Source of the DNA: Cladosporium halotolerans
Lineage: Eukaryota
Length of the DNA stretch: 64,000 nt
Assembly: GCF_011745625.1 (NCBI RefSeq)
Contig: NW_027191481.1
Span: 186,001 to 250,000 of the forward strand
Direction: 5' to 3'
The notes under the pieces are model-generated. The model did no database searches. It had not been told where the DNA came from and saw only the letters and a list, made by a program, of their open reading frames with translations. A program made the position numbers and the translations under genes. This document shows, one piece after another, positions 46,949-58,264 of this stretch (positions are counted from its first letter, which is position 1; every line of letters starts with the position of its first letter).

Positions 46949-47775
46949 GAAGCTTGCGGGAGCGGACGAGGTCAGTCACTCTAGGCCAAGGGAAGAGCCA
47001 CTCACGACTCATGGCTCTGATAATATACTTCTTTATGGCCACCATTTGTGCGGTACAGAAGCTACAGTAATGGTCTTTTGTGTATTGTCTGCCGATGCGC
47101 TTGTCACCTGACGATAGGATGCTGAAGGCATTCCATCGAATGGTTGGAAGCATGCCGTTCCACTGAGCTTCGCTGGCAGAACACGCAGGGACAGACCTTC
47201 CTCGATGCACGACGATGTCGTAGCGCATGCTTGCAGGTTGAAGGTGGTTCACGATGCCTTGAGTGTGCCACTCCCAGTTTGATTGGTGGGTCAAGCGAAT
47301 GGCCCGTGCCGGAAGTAGAATCACATCACGTCGTGATCCCATTCGAGGGAAACACTTCGCTTGTCAATTCAACACTGTTAGTCCACTTTTGTTTGACATG
47401 GGTCAACGTGTTGCCTTCGTCACGAGCATGAACATGATGCCTGCTATACTGCAGCCCTTCTTTCGGACATCACACACAGTCCAGCCTAGAGCAAACGCCC
47501 ACACCATAAGCGATATTCACAGTGCCTGCGAGAATCTCGTTAATCAATTGTCAAGCGCCTACGGTCGCATGGGATGTATAGCAATTAACAGCACGCGCCG
47601 AGCAAGGATGTCGAGCGGCAAATGATCGCGGCCTTTCGAAGCGAAAACACAAGCGCGTCTCAACAAGAAAGGCCGTTCACGATTTGTATCGCGGTAGGTC
47701 CTGTTTTCAGACGGAATGGAGCTTCAACAGCTGCCTCGAGATAATTGAGCCTTTATCTTACCTTTTACTGTCACT

Positions 47776-49113
47776 ATGCTGTTCCGGCGATCGAATCGCC
47801 GTTCGTGCTGGTCGCTTGCCCTCGTGCTCACGATGACTTTAATGTATATTCACCTGCAGCACAATCTCTCTCTCACCAGGTCTTCGAACACAGCTTTCCA
47901 CAATACAGAGGCTACTATTATGACTTCATTACCGTGCCGGGATTTGCCGGGAGCGAACGACACTGTAATGATTCTAAAAACTGGTTCCACAGAGCTGAAA
48001 GACAAACTACCCATTCATTTCAGAACCACGTTAAGGTGTTACCCAAACTATCTTATCTTCTCGGACCATGCCGAGCGATATGGTGGCGAGAACATCATTG
48101 ACGCTCTGGAAGAAGTCCACGCATCCATAAAAGCTGAACACGAAGACTTTGCCCTCTACCGGCGCTTGCAGAGGTTCGGCAGGATCTCTCTCGGTGAATC
48201 CGAGCTCAGTGGTCCAGCCAGCCTTCCGCAGGATGGCAAGACTGGCATGCTCACGAATCCAGGATGGAAGCTCGACAAATGGAAGTTCCTCCCTATGATT
48301 CGCAGGACGCTCGAAGAATATCCCGACAAGAAATGGTATGTGTTAGTCGAGACGGATACGTACATCTTCTGGAGCACCCTCCTCACTTACTTGGCCGTCT
48401 TGGACCCTTCGAAGCCTTACTACACCGGCTCGCAAATGCAGATTGGTGACGTGCTGTTCGCGCATGGAGGGAGCGGCTTTGCAATCTCACGGCCTGCGCT
48501 TGAGAAAGCTGTGGCGCAGTATCTGGAACACAAGGCCGAATTTGAAGACTTCACTTCAAGCCACTGGGCTGGTGATTGCGTGCTGGGGAAAGTCATCAAA
48601 GACAGCGGCACATCGCTGACATGGGCTTGGCCGATCTGGCTCGGAATCGATATTGGAAACATGGACTACAATCTCACCGACTATGGCCACAGGCTCTGGT
48701 GTAGCCCGACGGTCTCGTATCACCACTTGAGTCCCTCGACTGTGGAGGATCTTTGGCATTTCGAGCAGGAATGGATTGCGAGGCAGGATACTGGCAGTCC
48801 GGCGTTCTTGCGACACAAAGACATCTACGCTGAGTTCATCCTCCCACGAACGTCAAAACCCAGACGAAATTGGGACAACCACGCGGACGAGGCGAGAGGA
48901 CCGGCAGCCTCGCTACAAGAGTGCCGCGGGATTTGCGAAGAGGACACATCATGCCTTCAATACTCGCACAGTGAGGATGGGACCTGCTTGACAACATCCC
49001 GTCCGAACCTGGGACAGGCTTCTGTCGGTATACAGTCTGGATGGCTCAATGAGCGCATTTCGAATTTCTACGCTCAAGCCGCAGACTGTGAAGGCGACGG
49101 TTGGATCAAGTGA
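47776..49113 (+). CDS. Glycosyltransferase family 31 (fungal Fringe-like), type II membrane protein
   Basis: N-terminal signal anchor, ILKTG, GWKLDKWKFLPM, KWYVLVETDTY, FAHGGSGFAIS, WAGDCVLG, SYHH, Cys-rich C-terminal module. Confidence 0.88.
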   Translation: MLFRRSNRRSCWSLALVLTMTLMYIHLQHNLSLTRSSNTAFHNTEATIMTSLPCRDLPGANDTVMILKTGSTELKDKLPIHFRTTLRCYPNYLIFSDHAERYGGENIIDALEEVHASIKAEHEDFALYRRLQRFGRISLGESELSGPASLPQDGKTGMLTNPGWKLDKWKFLPMIRRTLEEYPDKKWYVLVETDTYIFWSTLLTYLAVLDPSKPYYTGSQMQIGDVLFAHGGSGFAISRPALEKAVAQYLEHKAEFEDFTSSHWAGDCVLGKVIKDSGTSLTWAWPIWLGIDIGNMDYNLTDYGHRLWCSPTVSYHHLSPSTVEDLWHFEQEWIARQDTGSPAFLRHKDIYAEFILPRTSKPRRNWDNHADEARGPAASLQECRGICEEDTSCLQYSHSEDGTCLTTSRPNLGQASVGIQSGWLNERISNFYAQAADCEGDGWIK

Positions 49114-49567
49114 GGTCGATTTGACATACTTATAGAGCGCATATCACCCCTTCGACGCAAGAATACGAATTTCAACATCGGAAACTCCGCACCAAGAGAA
49201 GATAGACCAAGACTTGCCAGAGCAGGCGCAAGTGCAAGCCGAACGCCCGGATTAATTAGGCGCCACAGTTCTCGCTAACAACGGTCGAAGGATTCACCAA
49301 GCAGAAAGCGGCAAGCGACATCCTATTCTGGATGGGTCTATTTGCAGTGGCAAAATCGACCACTTTAGCGAACAATGGCTGTTTGCCTCTTATTCTCGAC
49401 CCCAGACGATCGTGCAGGCTTGACGGGACCCTTACCATTTCATTCCTGCACATCGCTGATATACCACGAGGACCCACCAGATTACCACCACCTTACCAAA
49501 GCAATTACATCAGATCAAAAAACAATCACCAATTGGCCAAAAAGAAGCCCACCATAAACACACCAAA

Positions 49568-50005
49568 ATGGACACCACAACCACCGGCCCAGCACTCCCC
49601 CCAACAGTGCTCACCCTCACCTCGACCGCCACTGCCACCGAGCCAACACCAGCCGCCTCCCTGACAACACTCACAACCACCGCCACCAACTCAATCTCCC
49701 GGACATCAGACTCAACACCCTCTATCGAAACAGCAACTGTAACAACGACCCTCACCGCCCCCTCTCCAACACAGACTTTCTCGCGACCCATGGCAGGGGG
49801 CTCGCGCGGTTTGGGCATCGGCATAATTCTTGTGCTTGTGCTCGTTCTGGTGGCTCTGATTGTTGGGTTTTGGTTTTGTTTGAAGTGGTGGAGGCGCAGG
49901 AGGGAGAGGAGGGAGGGTGTGGAGGGTGCGGGTGGAGATGGTGTTGAGACGGAGGGGGGCGCAGGGGCTGCGGGAGAGGGAAGGGAGAGGGTTAGGTATG
50001 CTTGA
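49568..50005 (+). CDS. Small Thr-rich single-pass membrane protein (hypothetical)
   Basis: Good ATG context (CAAAATGG), Thr/Ser-rich region, hydrophobic segment LGIGIILVLVLVLVALIVGFWF, then RRRR. The composition may partly reflect local base skew. Confidence 0.6.
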   Translation: MDTTTTGPALPPTVLTLTSTATATEPTPAASLTTLTTTATNSISRTSDSTPSIETATVTTTLTAPSPTQTFSRPMAGGSRGLGIGIILVLVLVLVALIVGFWFCLKWWRRRRERREGVEGAGGDGVETEGGAGAAGEGRERVRYA

Positions 50006-50266
50006 TTGAAGGCGGAGGGAGGAGCTTGTGAATTGATGATATTGTGGCGCGGGCGCGTTTGTCTAATTGAGGGTGGGAATTAATTACTGGTGAACACACT
50101 GCTTGTGATCATGGCCGAGGAAGGTTGTTTCTTCTCGAGGCATCAGAGTCATGTTCCACATTATGCATCGCAGCGTTTACACCGCCATCCACCTAAATCG
50201 ATCAGCAGTCAGCAAACCACTCTTGAACCAGAATATCACCCCAGGGAACAGAAGAAAACAGGTCAC

Positions 50267-51837
50267 TCACCAAGCCGCCGCCACAGTCCCCAAAACCAAC
50301 ACGACCGTCAACGCCACCGCTCCCTCCCGATCCCTCTTCCCAATCTCCTCCACATCCTCCGCCCCCTCCCTCCCCGTCCCACCCCCCGCGCCCGCATTTC
50401 CCTGCGAAGCACCCCCATCCGACCCATCAAGCGGTGCCCTGCTCCCCTCCACAAGACAGCTTTGGATAACCTCCAGCGCGCTCATCTGCTCTCCCACGCC
50501 GTAGTTCCCGTCCCAGCCTTCGACCCACCATTTCTGCCCGCAGGTGACGCCGTCGGTGCCGCCGGAGCAGGACTGCGCGGCTGCGAGGGCCGAGGAGCGC
50601 AGGAGTGGGAGGATGGAGGGCGCGGTGAAGGGGGCGAGTTGGGAGGTTGCTGCGAGCCAGCGGGAGAGGTAGGCTTTGAAGCTGCGCTGGTCGGTGTTGC
50701 AGGTTGCGCTGCGCTCGCAGGCGGCTTCGTACATTATTGTTTTGTTGGCATTGGTGGCGGGTGAGTTGGCGGGGGTTTGGGAGGATGAGGTGCTGGGGCT
50801 GGTGAAGAAGGCGAAGGAGGATTGCAGGAAGCCGGCGGTGCGGTTGCGCCAGGTTTCTTGAGTGGTCCCTGTTGTCTGGGAGGTTTGGTTAGAGATTTGT
50901 AGATATGCGGGCGAGGGTTCAAGGATGGGCTTACTTGGTTGTACATTACGGCTGAGCCGTGCAGGAAGATGGCGGTGTTGTAGGACCTGAGAGCGATGTG
51001 AGCATTGTTAGTGGCGGGTATGAGGATTGGTTGGATTCTACCATTGATCGTGATTGAGTTCAGAACACTTGATCAAGCTATCCGTGCCGTCGAAGACTTG
51101 GTACGTTGGACTGATCAATCCAACCGACTCGCACCAGGCGTACATTTTGTCAGCCCAATCGTAGTATGTTGAATTGCCAGTAAATGCTCCTAGGCGGACA
51201 GCCAAGTCAAAGAAGCCTCCTTGAGAGATAGAGTTCTTGTAGTGATAACCTCGATTGAAGGGGAATATCTGCCAGCGCAACCCGCCGTTGCAGGTCTCAT
51301 GGTCCCAGCGGGCAGCCTGCAGATTGAAGACGGCTTGCGCGAGAGCCAGCCATTGAGGGTCCTCGGGTGGAGGATTGGGAAAACCTGACTCGGCGGCCAT
51401 GAGCGCGGTGATGGCCCAGAAAGCTTGGTCGTCGTTGCCTTCGGCTTTGGTCTGGTTGGGTGGCATGAAGTCTTGATTTGCGCTCGCTTGCCACAGCATG
51501 GCTTGAGACACGACATCGTTGTAGGTCGAATCGCCAGTGTAGCGCCAGTAGTCTATGAGAGCGCCGAACATCGCGCCGGCCTCCCACCAATAGTACGGCT
51601 CTGGCAGAAGACCGGGTGTTTGACCGGTCTCGTTGCCGTGGTAGTATTTCATCATACCGTATGCCACGGTACTGGCTGCATGGTGGATCGATGCTGGTTG
51701 CGGTTAGCGGAGTCAGTAGGAGGCGCGTCTGCCTGTGCGGTGTCACCATGGTCGTCCAGGTTGAGCTGGATGGCGGACGCGGAGTGAAAGCTGACAAGAA
51801 TGATGCAGGCGAGAATGTCGAGGAAGGTCTTCGCCAT
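50267..51837 (-). CDS. GH76 alpha-1,6-mannanase/transglycosylase, Dfg5/Dcw1 family, likely GPI-anchored
   Basis: Exons 51837-51747, 51693-51042, 50986-50935, 50875-50267. Signal peptide, [10 protein letters not shown], catalytic [30 protein letters not shown], hydrophobic C-terminus. Confidence 0.93.
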
Positions 51838-52742
51838 GGTGGATAGACTGGTTCAATCGCACATTGATTGCGAGCAGCTTCTGTTATGTTGGAAGTCCCG
51901 GGGAGTCGTCAATGGTTTGTTGCACAGGTTGCGGCGGGATGAGCAAGCAAGAGCTCGGAAGAAGCCGTGGGGTGGGAAGCAGGTGAGGTGAAGGGTGCGA
52001 GATAAGCAGGCACGCTTCGGGTGGGAGGACGAGGCTTGAGATACACCAACCTGCAGGTACATGCTCTAATGCGATGTGCATGCTTCATTGTGCCGGCCTG
52101 TGCCTGTGCGTGTCTGCGGCCGCTCTTCACGTGTTATAAAGTGCCTGCCTGCACTCTGATGTCGATCACTCGGGGAGCCGTTGCATCTTCCACATCGATA
52201 TCAGTCTCTAGTAATGATGAGCTTGACAGTGGTAACGTTATACTCGACGCGCCTCTGTCAGCACACGACATGTCCGCGTCTCTCATACCTACTCCCCTGG
52301 CCCCCATCACACTCACATGCACACATCATGTCACAAGTGCAAGGCACATGCCGACATGTCCAGGCGCACCTTAAGACAAACACCCCAATGTGCGGCGTGA
52401 CGAAGCATCGAGCAGCATCCAATGGCCGGCGGCTGCAGCGCATGGGCTCGCGTGCTCACGATGGAAGTGTGAAGAAGATCGTCGCAAGGCAAACCTGTCA
52501 CCTCCCGCCCTTCCAGCCCAGCCGAGGACACCTCAGGCCCGCTTGGCGCGCGCTGTCCGCCTGCTGGACATCAAGAATTAATCCCCACTCGCATCCAGCC
52601 TGGACCCCTATCACCGCCGCTCCATCCGACATCCTCGCATGGCCTGTGAGCAATAATACACCCTTCCCATACACACCCGCCGCCTCTGCACCGCCCCGTG
52701 GACTCATCGTGAGGGTTCATCACTCGACAGGTTTATTTCGCC

Positions 52743-54484
52743 ATGGCCGAACTCGCTACTCCGTCCGCCGCCCAGATCGGCACTTCTGGCGCCGCGAAGA
52801 CTGCCGGAAAGTCCACTCCCGTGGTCAAGCCTGAGAGGCCTGATGAGGAGGCCTACAAGGCCGAGCTGGCCAAGGCTGAGAAGGAGCTGAAGGCCTCCGA
52901 GGAGCGCATGGTACGTTTGCTACTAGACGGCCGCTTGTATTGCGGGCTTGGATAGCTGCATTGGAGGCTGCATTGGCCCGCCGCGGACATTGATGCATTG
53001 ATATGAGAGCGCAGTGCTGACAACGGCCACAGAGGAACATCAAGGCCAAGCTCGACCTCGCCCGCCCCAACAACAAGGACTCGCCCTCTTCCAAGCGCCA
53101 GCAGGAGCTCCGCGCCGAGCTGGGCCAGATCCGCACCCAGCAGCAGTCCAGCAAGTCTTCCCGCGGTCAGACCATGGACAAGGTCAAGCGCCTGGATGAG
53201 ACCCTCAAGTCCCGCATCGCCGAGCAGAAGGCCGCCCGCGGCAAGGTCCCCTACAAGTCCGTCGACGAGATCGACCAGCAGATCGCCCGCCTCCAGAAGT
53301 CCGTCGACGCCGGCACCATGAAGATCGTCGACGAGAAGAAGGCCCTCGCCGACATCTCCCAGCTGAACAGGCAGAAGAAGGGCTTCGCCGGCTTCGACCA
53401 GGCGCAGAAGGGCATCGACGAGGTCAAGGCCCAGATCGCCGAGCTCAAGAAGTCCATGGACGACCCGGCCTCGCGCGCCCTCAGCGACCGCTACACCGAG
53501 ATCACCACCGAGCTCGACAAGATCAAGGCCGAGCAGGACGAGGTCTACAAGAATCTTAACTCCCTCCGCGACGAGCGCACCAAGGCCCACGAGGAGCAGC
53601 AGAAGAAGTTCTCCACCGTCAAGGAGATCAAGGACAAGTACTACAGCTCGCGCCGCGCCGCCGTCGAGTACGAGCGCGAGGCCCGCCGCATCCGCGACGA
53701 GAAGCGCCGCGCCGAGAACGACGCCTACCACCGCGGCCGCAGGCAGGAGGCCGCCAAGGAGAAGCTCGAGGAGGCCAGCGCGCCCGCGTACCAGGACGAG
53801 ATCCGCACCACCCAGGCCCTGCTCGCCCACTTTGACCCGTCTGCCGTCGCAAAGCCCGAGGCCGCCGCTACCAACAAGTTCGCCGCCACCGCTACCCGCA
53901 CCGTCGACGCCGCCGGCATGAAGGGCACCGCGCTCAAGAGCAAGAAGGACAACGACGAGCACTTCATGCCCGCCACCGCCGGCAAGAAGAAGAAGGGCGG
54001 CAACCGCGGCACCGCTTCCCCGGCCGAGGGCAAGTTCAACCTCGACGTCGGCACCATCGAGAACCTGGCCCGCATCGGCGTCGACCCGCCCATGCAGCAG
54101 AGCGACATCCCCGCCCTCACCGAGAAGCTGAAGGAGAAGCTCGCTTTCTGGAAGGAGAACCAGGAGAGCAAGACCAAGGAGGTAAGAATCACTGTCCCAA
54201 AAGCCAACCCGTCCTTAAAGCACCGCAACCGCTAACGCTTCCATTCACAGAACGTCGCCAAAGCCCAAGCCGAAATCGAGCGCCTCGAGGCCGAAGCCGA
54301 CGCCGCCAACGGCACCACCGAGACCGCCCGCAAGCCCGCCGCCGAGAAGCAGGGCGTCAACGGCAGCGCCAGCGCCGGCGCCGAGGCCGCGCAGGAGAAG
54401 GACGCCGCGGACGACGCTGCCAAGGACCTCGAGAAGGCTTACATCGAGGACAAGGAGCAGCCGGACGTCGCGGCTTCGTCGTAG
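52743..54484 (+). CDS. BFR1: Bfr1-like coiled-coil protein (nuclear segregation / mRNP-associated)
   Basis: Exons 52743-52910, 53033-54181, 54251-54484. KPERPDEEAYK, VPYKSVDEIDQQI, GTMKIVDEKKALADIS, LKEKLAFWKENQ. Confidence 0.8.
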
Positions 54485-55074
54485 AGTGGCGAGGGCGATG
54501 GCGAGGGCGAGTTCGAGGGCATGGTGCGGAAGGTGAGGCATGATAGCTTTGTTGCTGGCTGAGAGAGGGGCTGGGAGTCTAGTCTGATTGCGGGCTGGGG
54601 ACTCCTGAGAGGAGCGATTTTTTCTTGGACATGTTTTGACATGCACATTGGGGAGGGGAGGGGAGGGGGAGGATCATGAAAATTTGTGAGCTGAGTGGAG
54701 CGGAGCTAGAGTAGAGCTCACTCTCTGGCCATTGGAGGGACGATTTCTGTCCGAGCTGCTGTTGTTGTTTTGCTGCATATTCTTATTTTGTTGTTGTCAG
54801 GGTTCATTAGCGATATTGGGACTTGCGAGTTTTGACCTTCTTCCTGGGGACACACAAAAGAAATCGAAAAGTGCATTTGAAAGTCTTTTGAGATATGGCA
54901 TCTTGAATCCTTTACAGTTGTCTCTTTCACGGCGAAATAGGCTTCTTTGACCTTGGATTCTACCTACACATGACAGCTCTGCTACAGCTTATCTGTTCGC
55001 ATGAATAGCGAACACGAGCGGATCCAGCCAGGATTCCTCGTATCTTACATTTCCCTAGCAAACTTGCCCTCTAC

Positions 55075-57870
55075 CTACAACGCCTCCACACCCTTCATGA
55101 AAGGACTAGCCATCAACTCCGCATTCCCCTGCACCAACTCCCTCATCCTCGCAACCTGCGCCTCCTTCCCTAGCCCATCCCGCTCCACCTCCTCTTTCCA
55201 CTGCTGCAATACGGCCTTCAGCATCGCACTGCCAGCTTCGACATCCTCTTTGCTCGCTCCCGCAGAAGCGTCTTTGGAAGCCGCATCTTTCGACCCAGAG
55301 AAATCCTCCAGCTCATCCGCCTTCCTCTTCGCCATGCTGACAACTTTCGTCGGAAAGCGCACGAGCTCCGCAACATGGATACCAAACGACTGGTCGCTGA
55401 TGCCGGGCACGACTTTGTACAGCAGCGTGACTTCACGGCGCCTGCTCGCCGCGTCATCGCCACCGCCCATCGCCGCATCGCCGTCCGCGTCCCCGATGTG
55501 CGCCACGACGTGCAGATTGCGCACCTGCGGGTAGCTCTCCGTCAGCGCCGTCAGCTCGTGGAAGTGCGTGGCGAACATGGCGAAGGCGCCGATTTCTTTT
55601 ACGATGTGCTCCGAGATCGCCCACGCCAGCCCGAAGCCGTCGTACGTGCTTGTGCCGCGGCCCAGCTCGTCGACGATGACGAGCGATTCGCGCGTCGCGG
55701 TCTTGAGGATGTTTGCTGTTTCGAGCATTTCGGCCATGAAGGTGCTGACGCCTTTGAGCTGGGAGTCGGAGGCGCCGACGCGCGCGAGGATGCAGTCGAA
55801 GAGGGTCAGTTCGGCTTCGGTACAGGGCACGAAGCAGCCGATTTGCGCCATGAGGGCGATGACGCCGATCTGCCGGATGTAGGTTGACTTGCCGCCCATG
55901 TTGGGTCCGGTGATGATGAGGAATTCGCTCTCGCCGCGGACGAGGGAGACGTCGTTGGTGATGAAGGAGACGTCGTCTTGCATTTCCATGCAGGGGTGAC
56001 GGGCTTCGGTGAGGACTGTGTTGCCGGTGCCGCGGGGGTGGAGTTTGGGCCGGACATAGGCGGTGGGCGCGTGGACGGAGACGTGGGCGAAGCTGACGAT
56101 CACGTCGAGGTGGGCGAGGACGCCGGCGAGCTTTTCGATGACGGGGCAGTAGGAGGCGGCAACGTTGACGACTTCGGTCACTAGGCCGCTCTGCGTGCGG
56201 TTGTAGTTGTCGGAGAGTTGGTCGAATTCTCGGCGCATTTCTGTCATTGCTTTGGTTGTGAAGTAGACGCCGTTCTTTTGGGTTGAGATTTCCTGGTACT
56301 GCTTCTTGTTGCGAATGGCGCTGGCTTCGTTTCGTGTCAGCCTCAGACACCAACCGTGCACTCTGTGATTCTCGAGGAAGAGCTTCTTCTCAGTGTCCTG
56401 ATTGAGGTCATCGCCTGCTCGCTGATGCTCTTTCTCCAGATTGTACCGCAGGGTGTCGAGCTTCTTGCGGATAATCCTGAGGCCGTCATCGAATTCAGAC
56501 TTGATAATGAACTCGTGGTTGTCAAGTGCATCCAGATCGACGGTAGTCTCGACCATTTCCTGCAGCTTCTGCAAGCTGTCAGAGAACGCACGAAGCTTGT
56601 TGGTGTACTCGGTGTCGAGGGCGTCTTTGTGCTGTTCGTCCATGACTCCCTCGAACGTGCCGATGAAATCAGGAATCCGGATCGCAACCTGATATGCACG
56701 GACGACATCTTCCAGGTTTGCCTTCTTGCGCTGAAACTTCTTCGCCAGGCGATACAGATCGGGAATTGAGCGCAGATGCTCTTCTTGAAGCGTTTGCCTC
56801 AGTTCTGTATCGTTCACGAAAGCTTCAACAAGCTGCTGACGCTTCTCAATCTCCTCCAGGTTCATCAATGGCTGCTTCAGCCATTGAGCGAGTAATCTGC
56901 TGCCGACTGGTGTCTTGCAGTGGTTGAGCAGACCATAGAGATTCATTGTTTTTGATCCGTCCTTGGGCCCTGGCATAAGGTTCAGCGCTTTGAGAGCTGA
57001 GGAGTCCAGCTTCATGTACTGGCTCAGATCGTGCTGGTAGAGGCGGAACTCGCCGAAGTTGGTAGGATCCGACATCACTCCCAAGTACTTGATCAGGGCC
57101 GCGGCGGAGTTCATCGCCAATTTCAGATCCGTCTGAGGTAACGTTGCGGCGGTTCCCTCGCTCCTCAAAAGGCGTGTCAAGTCTTGCTCAATGTCACGGC
57201 TTCCGAAATCGCTTGCTGCTCGCTCTGACACGGCGCAACCACAATTGTCTGCAATTGCACGGAGCTTGGATAGCTCGGGATCCTTCTTCGCCCCGTCTGA
57301 CTGTAGTAGGCACTCCTTCACGCCAAGCTGAATTAGGAGCGACTCGAAGTTAGAGTAGATGTCGTTGTCGACAAATTCGCTAACACCGAGCTCTCGAACG
57401 CTCGCGTCTGCAAAGCATACACCAACATTGCGAGCTTCTGTGGCTTTGGCAGAGACTTTGACGGCGAGGATGATGGGTGCAGACTCAACATGGCCTCCAA
57501 GGTCATCCTCGATGTCTTGAAGATTGCCGGGTGAGGCTTGTTTCGCCACTTTCCACTGATTTCGGCCAGATGATTGCAGGATCTCCATCCTCTTGCCAAG
57601 CTTGAAGATCGCTTCTCTGAGGAAGCTGCGGAATGCTGTGATGGTCATGGTGACGGAAGGGAGGCCAGGGTTCCTGCCGAGTGTCTTCAAGACGGAGGTC
57701 GTCTTGTATTGTGTTCGGGCGATGAGGACAGCATCGTCGCCATGTGCTGACAGCCAGTCTCCTCGGTCGAAAACGCGAACAGTGTCGGTCGCTTTGCCAG
57801 ATTCCAGCTGATTGAAAGTCTTGATGAAGCCAACTTCATCATCGACCTTCAGCTCCGGGCGGGACGCCAT
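55075..57870 (-). CDS. MSH2: DNA mismatch repair protein Msh2
   Basis: TVRVFDRGD, ASPGNLQDIE, Walker A TGPNMGGKSTYIRQ, RVGASDSQLKGVSTFMAEM, DELGRGTSTYDGFG, QSFGIHVAEL. Confidence 0.97.
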   Translation of the reverse strand: MASRPELKVDDEVGFIKTFNQLESGKATDTVRVFDRGDWLSAHGDDAVLIARTQYKTTSVLKTLGRNPGLPSVTMTITAFRSFLREAIFKLGKRMEILQSSGRNQWKVAKQASPGNLQDIEDDLGGHVESAPIILAVKVSAKATEARNVGVCFADASVRELGVSEFVDNDIYSNFESLLIQLGVKECLLQSDGAKKDPELSKLRAIADNCGCAVSERAASDFGSRDIEQDLTRLLRSEGTAATLPQTDLKLAMNSAAALIKYLGVMSDPTNFGEFRLYQHDLSQYMKLDSSALKALNLMPGPKDGSKTMNLYGLLNHCKTPVGSRLLAQWLKQPLMNLEEIEKRQQLVEAFVNDTELRQTLQEEHLRSIPDLYRLAKKFQRKKANLEDVVRAYQVAIRIPDFIGTFEGVMDEQHKDALDTEYTNKLRAFSDSLQKLQEMVETTVDLDALDNHEFIIKSEFDDGLRIIRKKLDTLRYNLEKEHQRAGDDLNQDTEKKLFLENHRVHGWCLRLTRNEASAIRNKKQYQEISTQKNGVYFTTKAMTEMRREFDQLSDNYNRTQSGLVTEVVNVAASYCPVIEKLAGVLAHLDVIVSFAHVSVHAPTAYVRPKLHPRGTGNTVLTEARHPCMEMQDDVSFITNDVSLVRGESEFLIITGPNMGGKSTYIRQIGVIALMAQIGCFVPCTEAELTLFDCILARVGASDSQLKGVSTFMAEMLETANILKTATRESLVIVDELGRGTSTYDGFGLAWAISEHIVKEIGAFAMFATHFHELTALTESYPQVRNLHVVAHIGDADGDAAMGGGDDAASRRREVTLLYKVVPGISDQSFGIHVAELVRFPTKVVSMAKRKADELEDFSGSKDAASKDASAGASKEDVEAGSAMLKAVLQQWKEEVERDGLGKEAQVARMRELVQGNAELMASPFMKGVEAL

Positions 57871-58036
57871 TGTCCCCGTTTTTGTGCGTCAGTGAGCAGG
57901 TAGGAAGGTAAAATTTTGGCTAATCTGATCGTCGGAGGGAATGCTTCTTGATGCAAAATTGTAGCCTCGTGGTGTTTTCCAGCTTGTACAATTTGCTGTC
58001 AGCCATGAACACCCGCTGAAGTCCAAAACGCAGCCG

Positions 58037-58050
58037 ACGCGTCGACGCGT
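58037..58050. promoter_or_regulatory. Tandem MCB (MluI cell-cycle box, ACGCGT x2)
   Basis: ACGCGTCGACGCGT, a perfect 14-bp palindrome about 170 nt upstream of the MSH2 ATG. Confidence 0.7.
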
Positions 58051-58264
58051 AAAGTGCCAGCGAAACCCGGGCAGGTTTGCCGTGCTCCGAACTACCGAGG
58101 CAACTTGCTGCTTTCTCCAACACAGTGCATCATCATGCGTTTTCGCGAACCGCTATGTACCTTGATAAATACTGTAAGACCTTACAAGTTGCTTTTCTAT
58201 AAGTTTATACTTTCCTTCCAACAACGATAACTACATGTACTGAACTTTCATACTCCTACCAATC

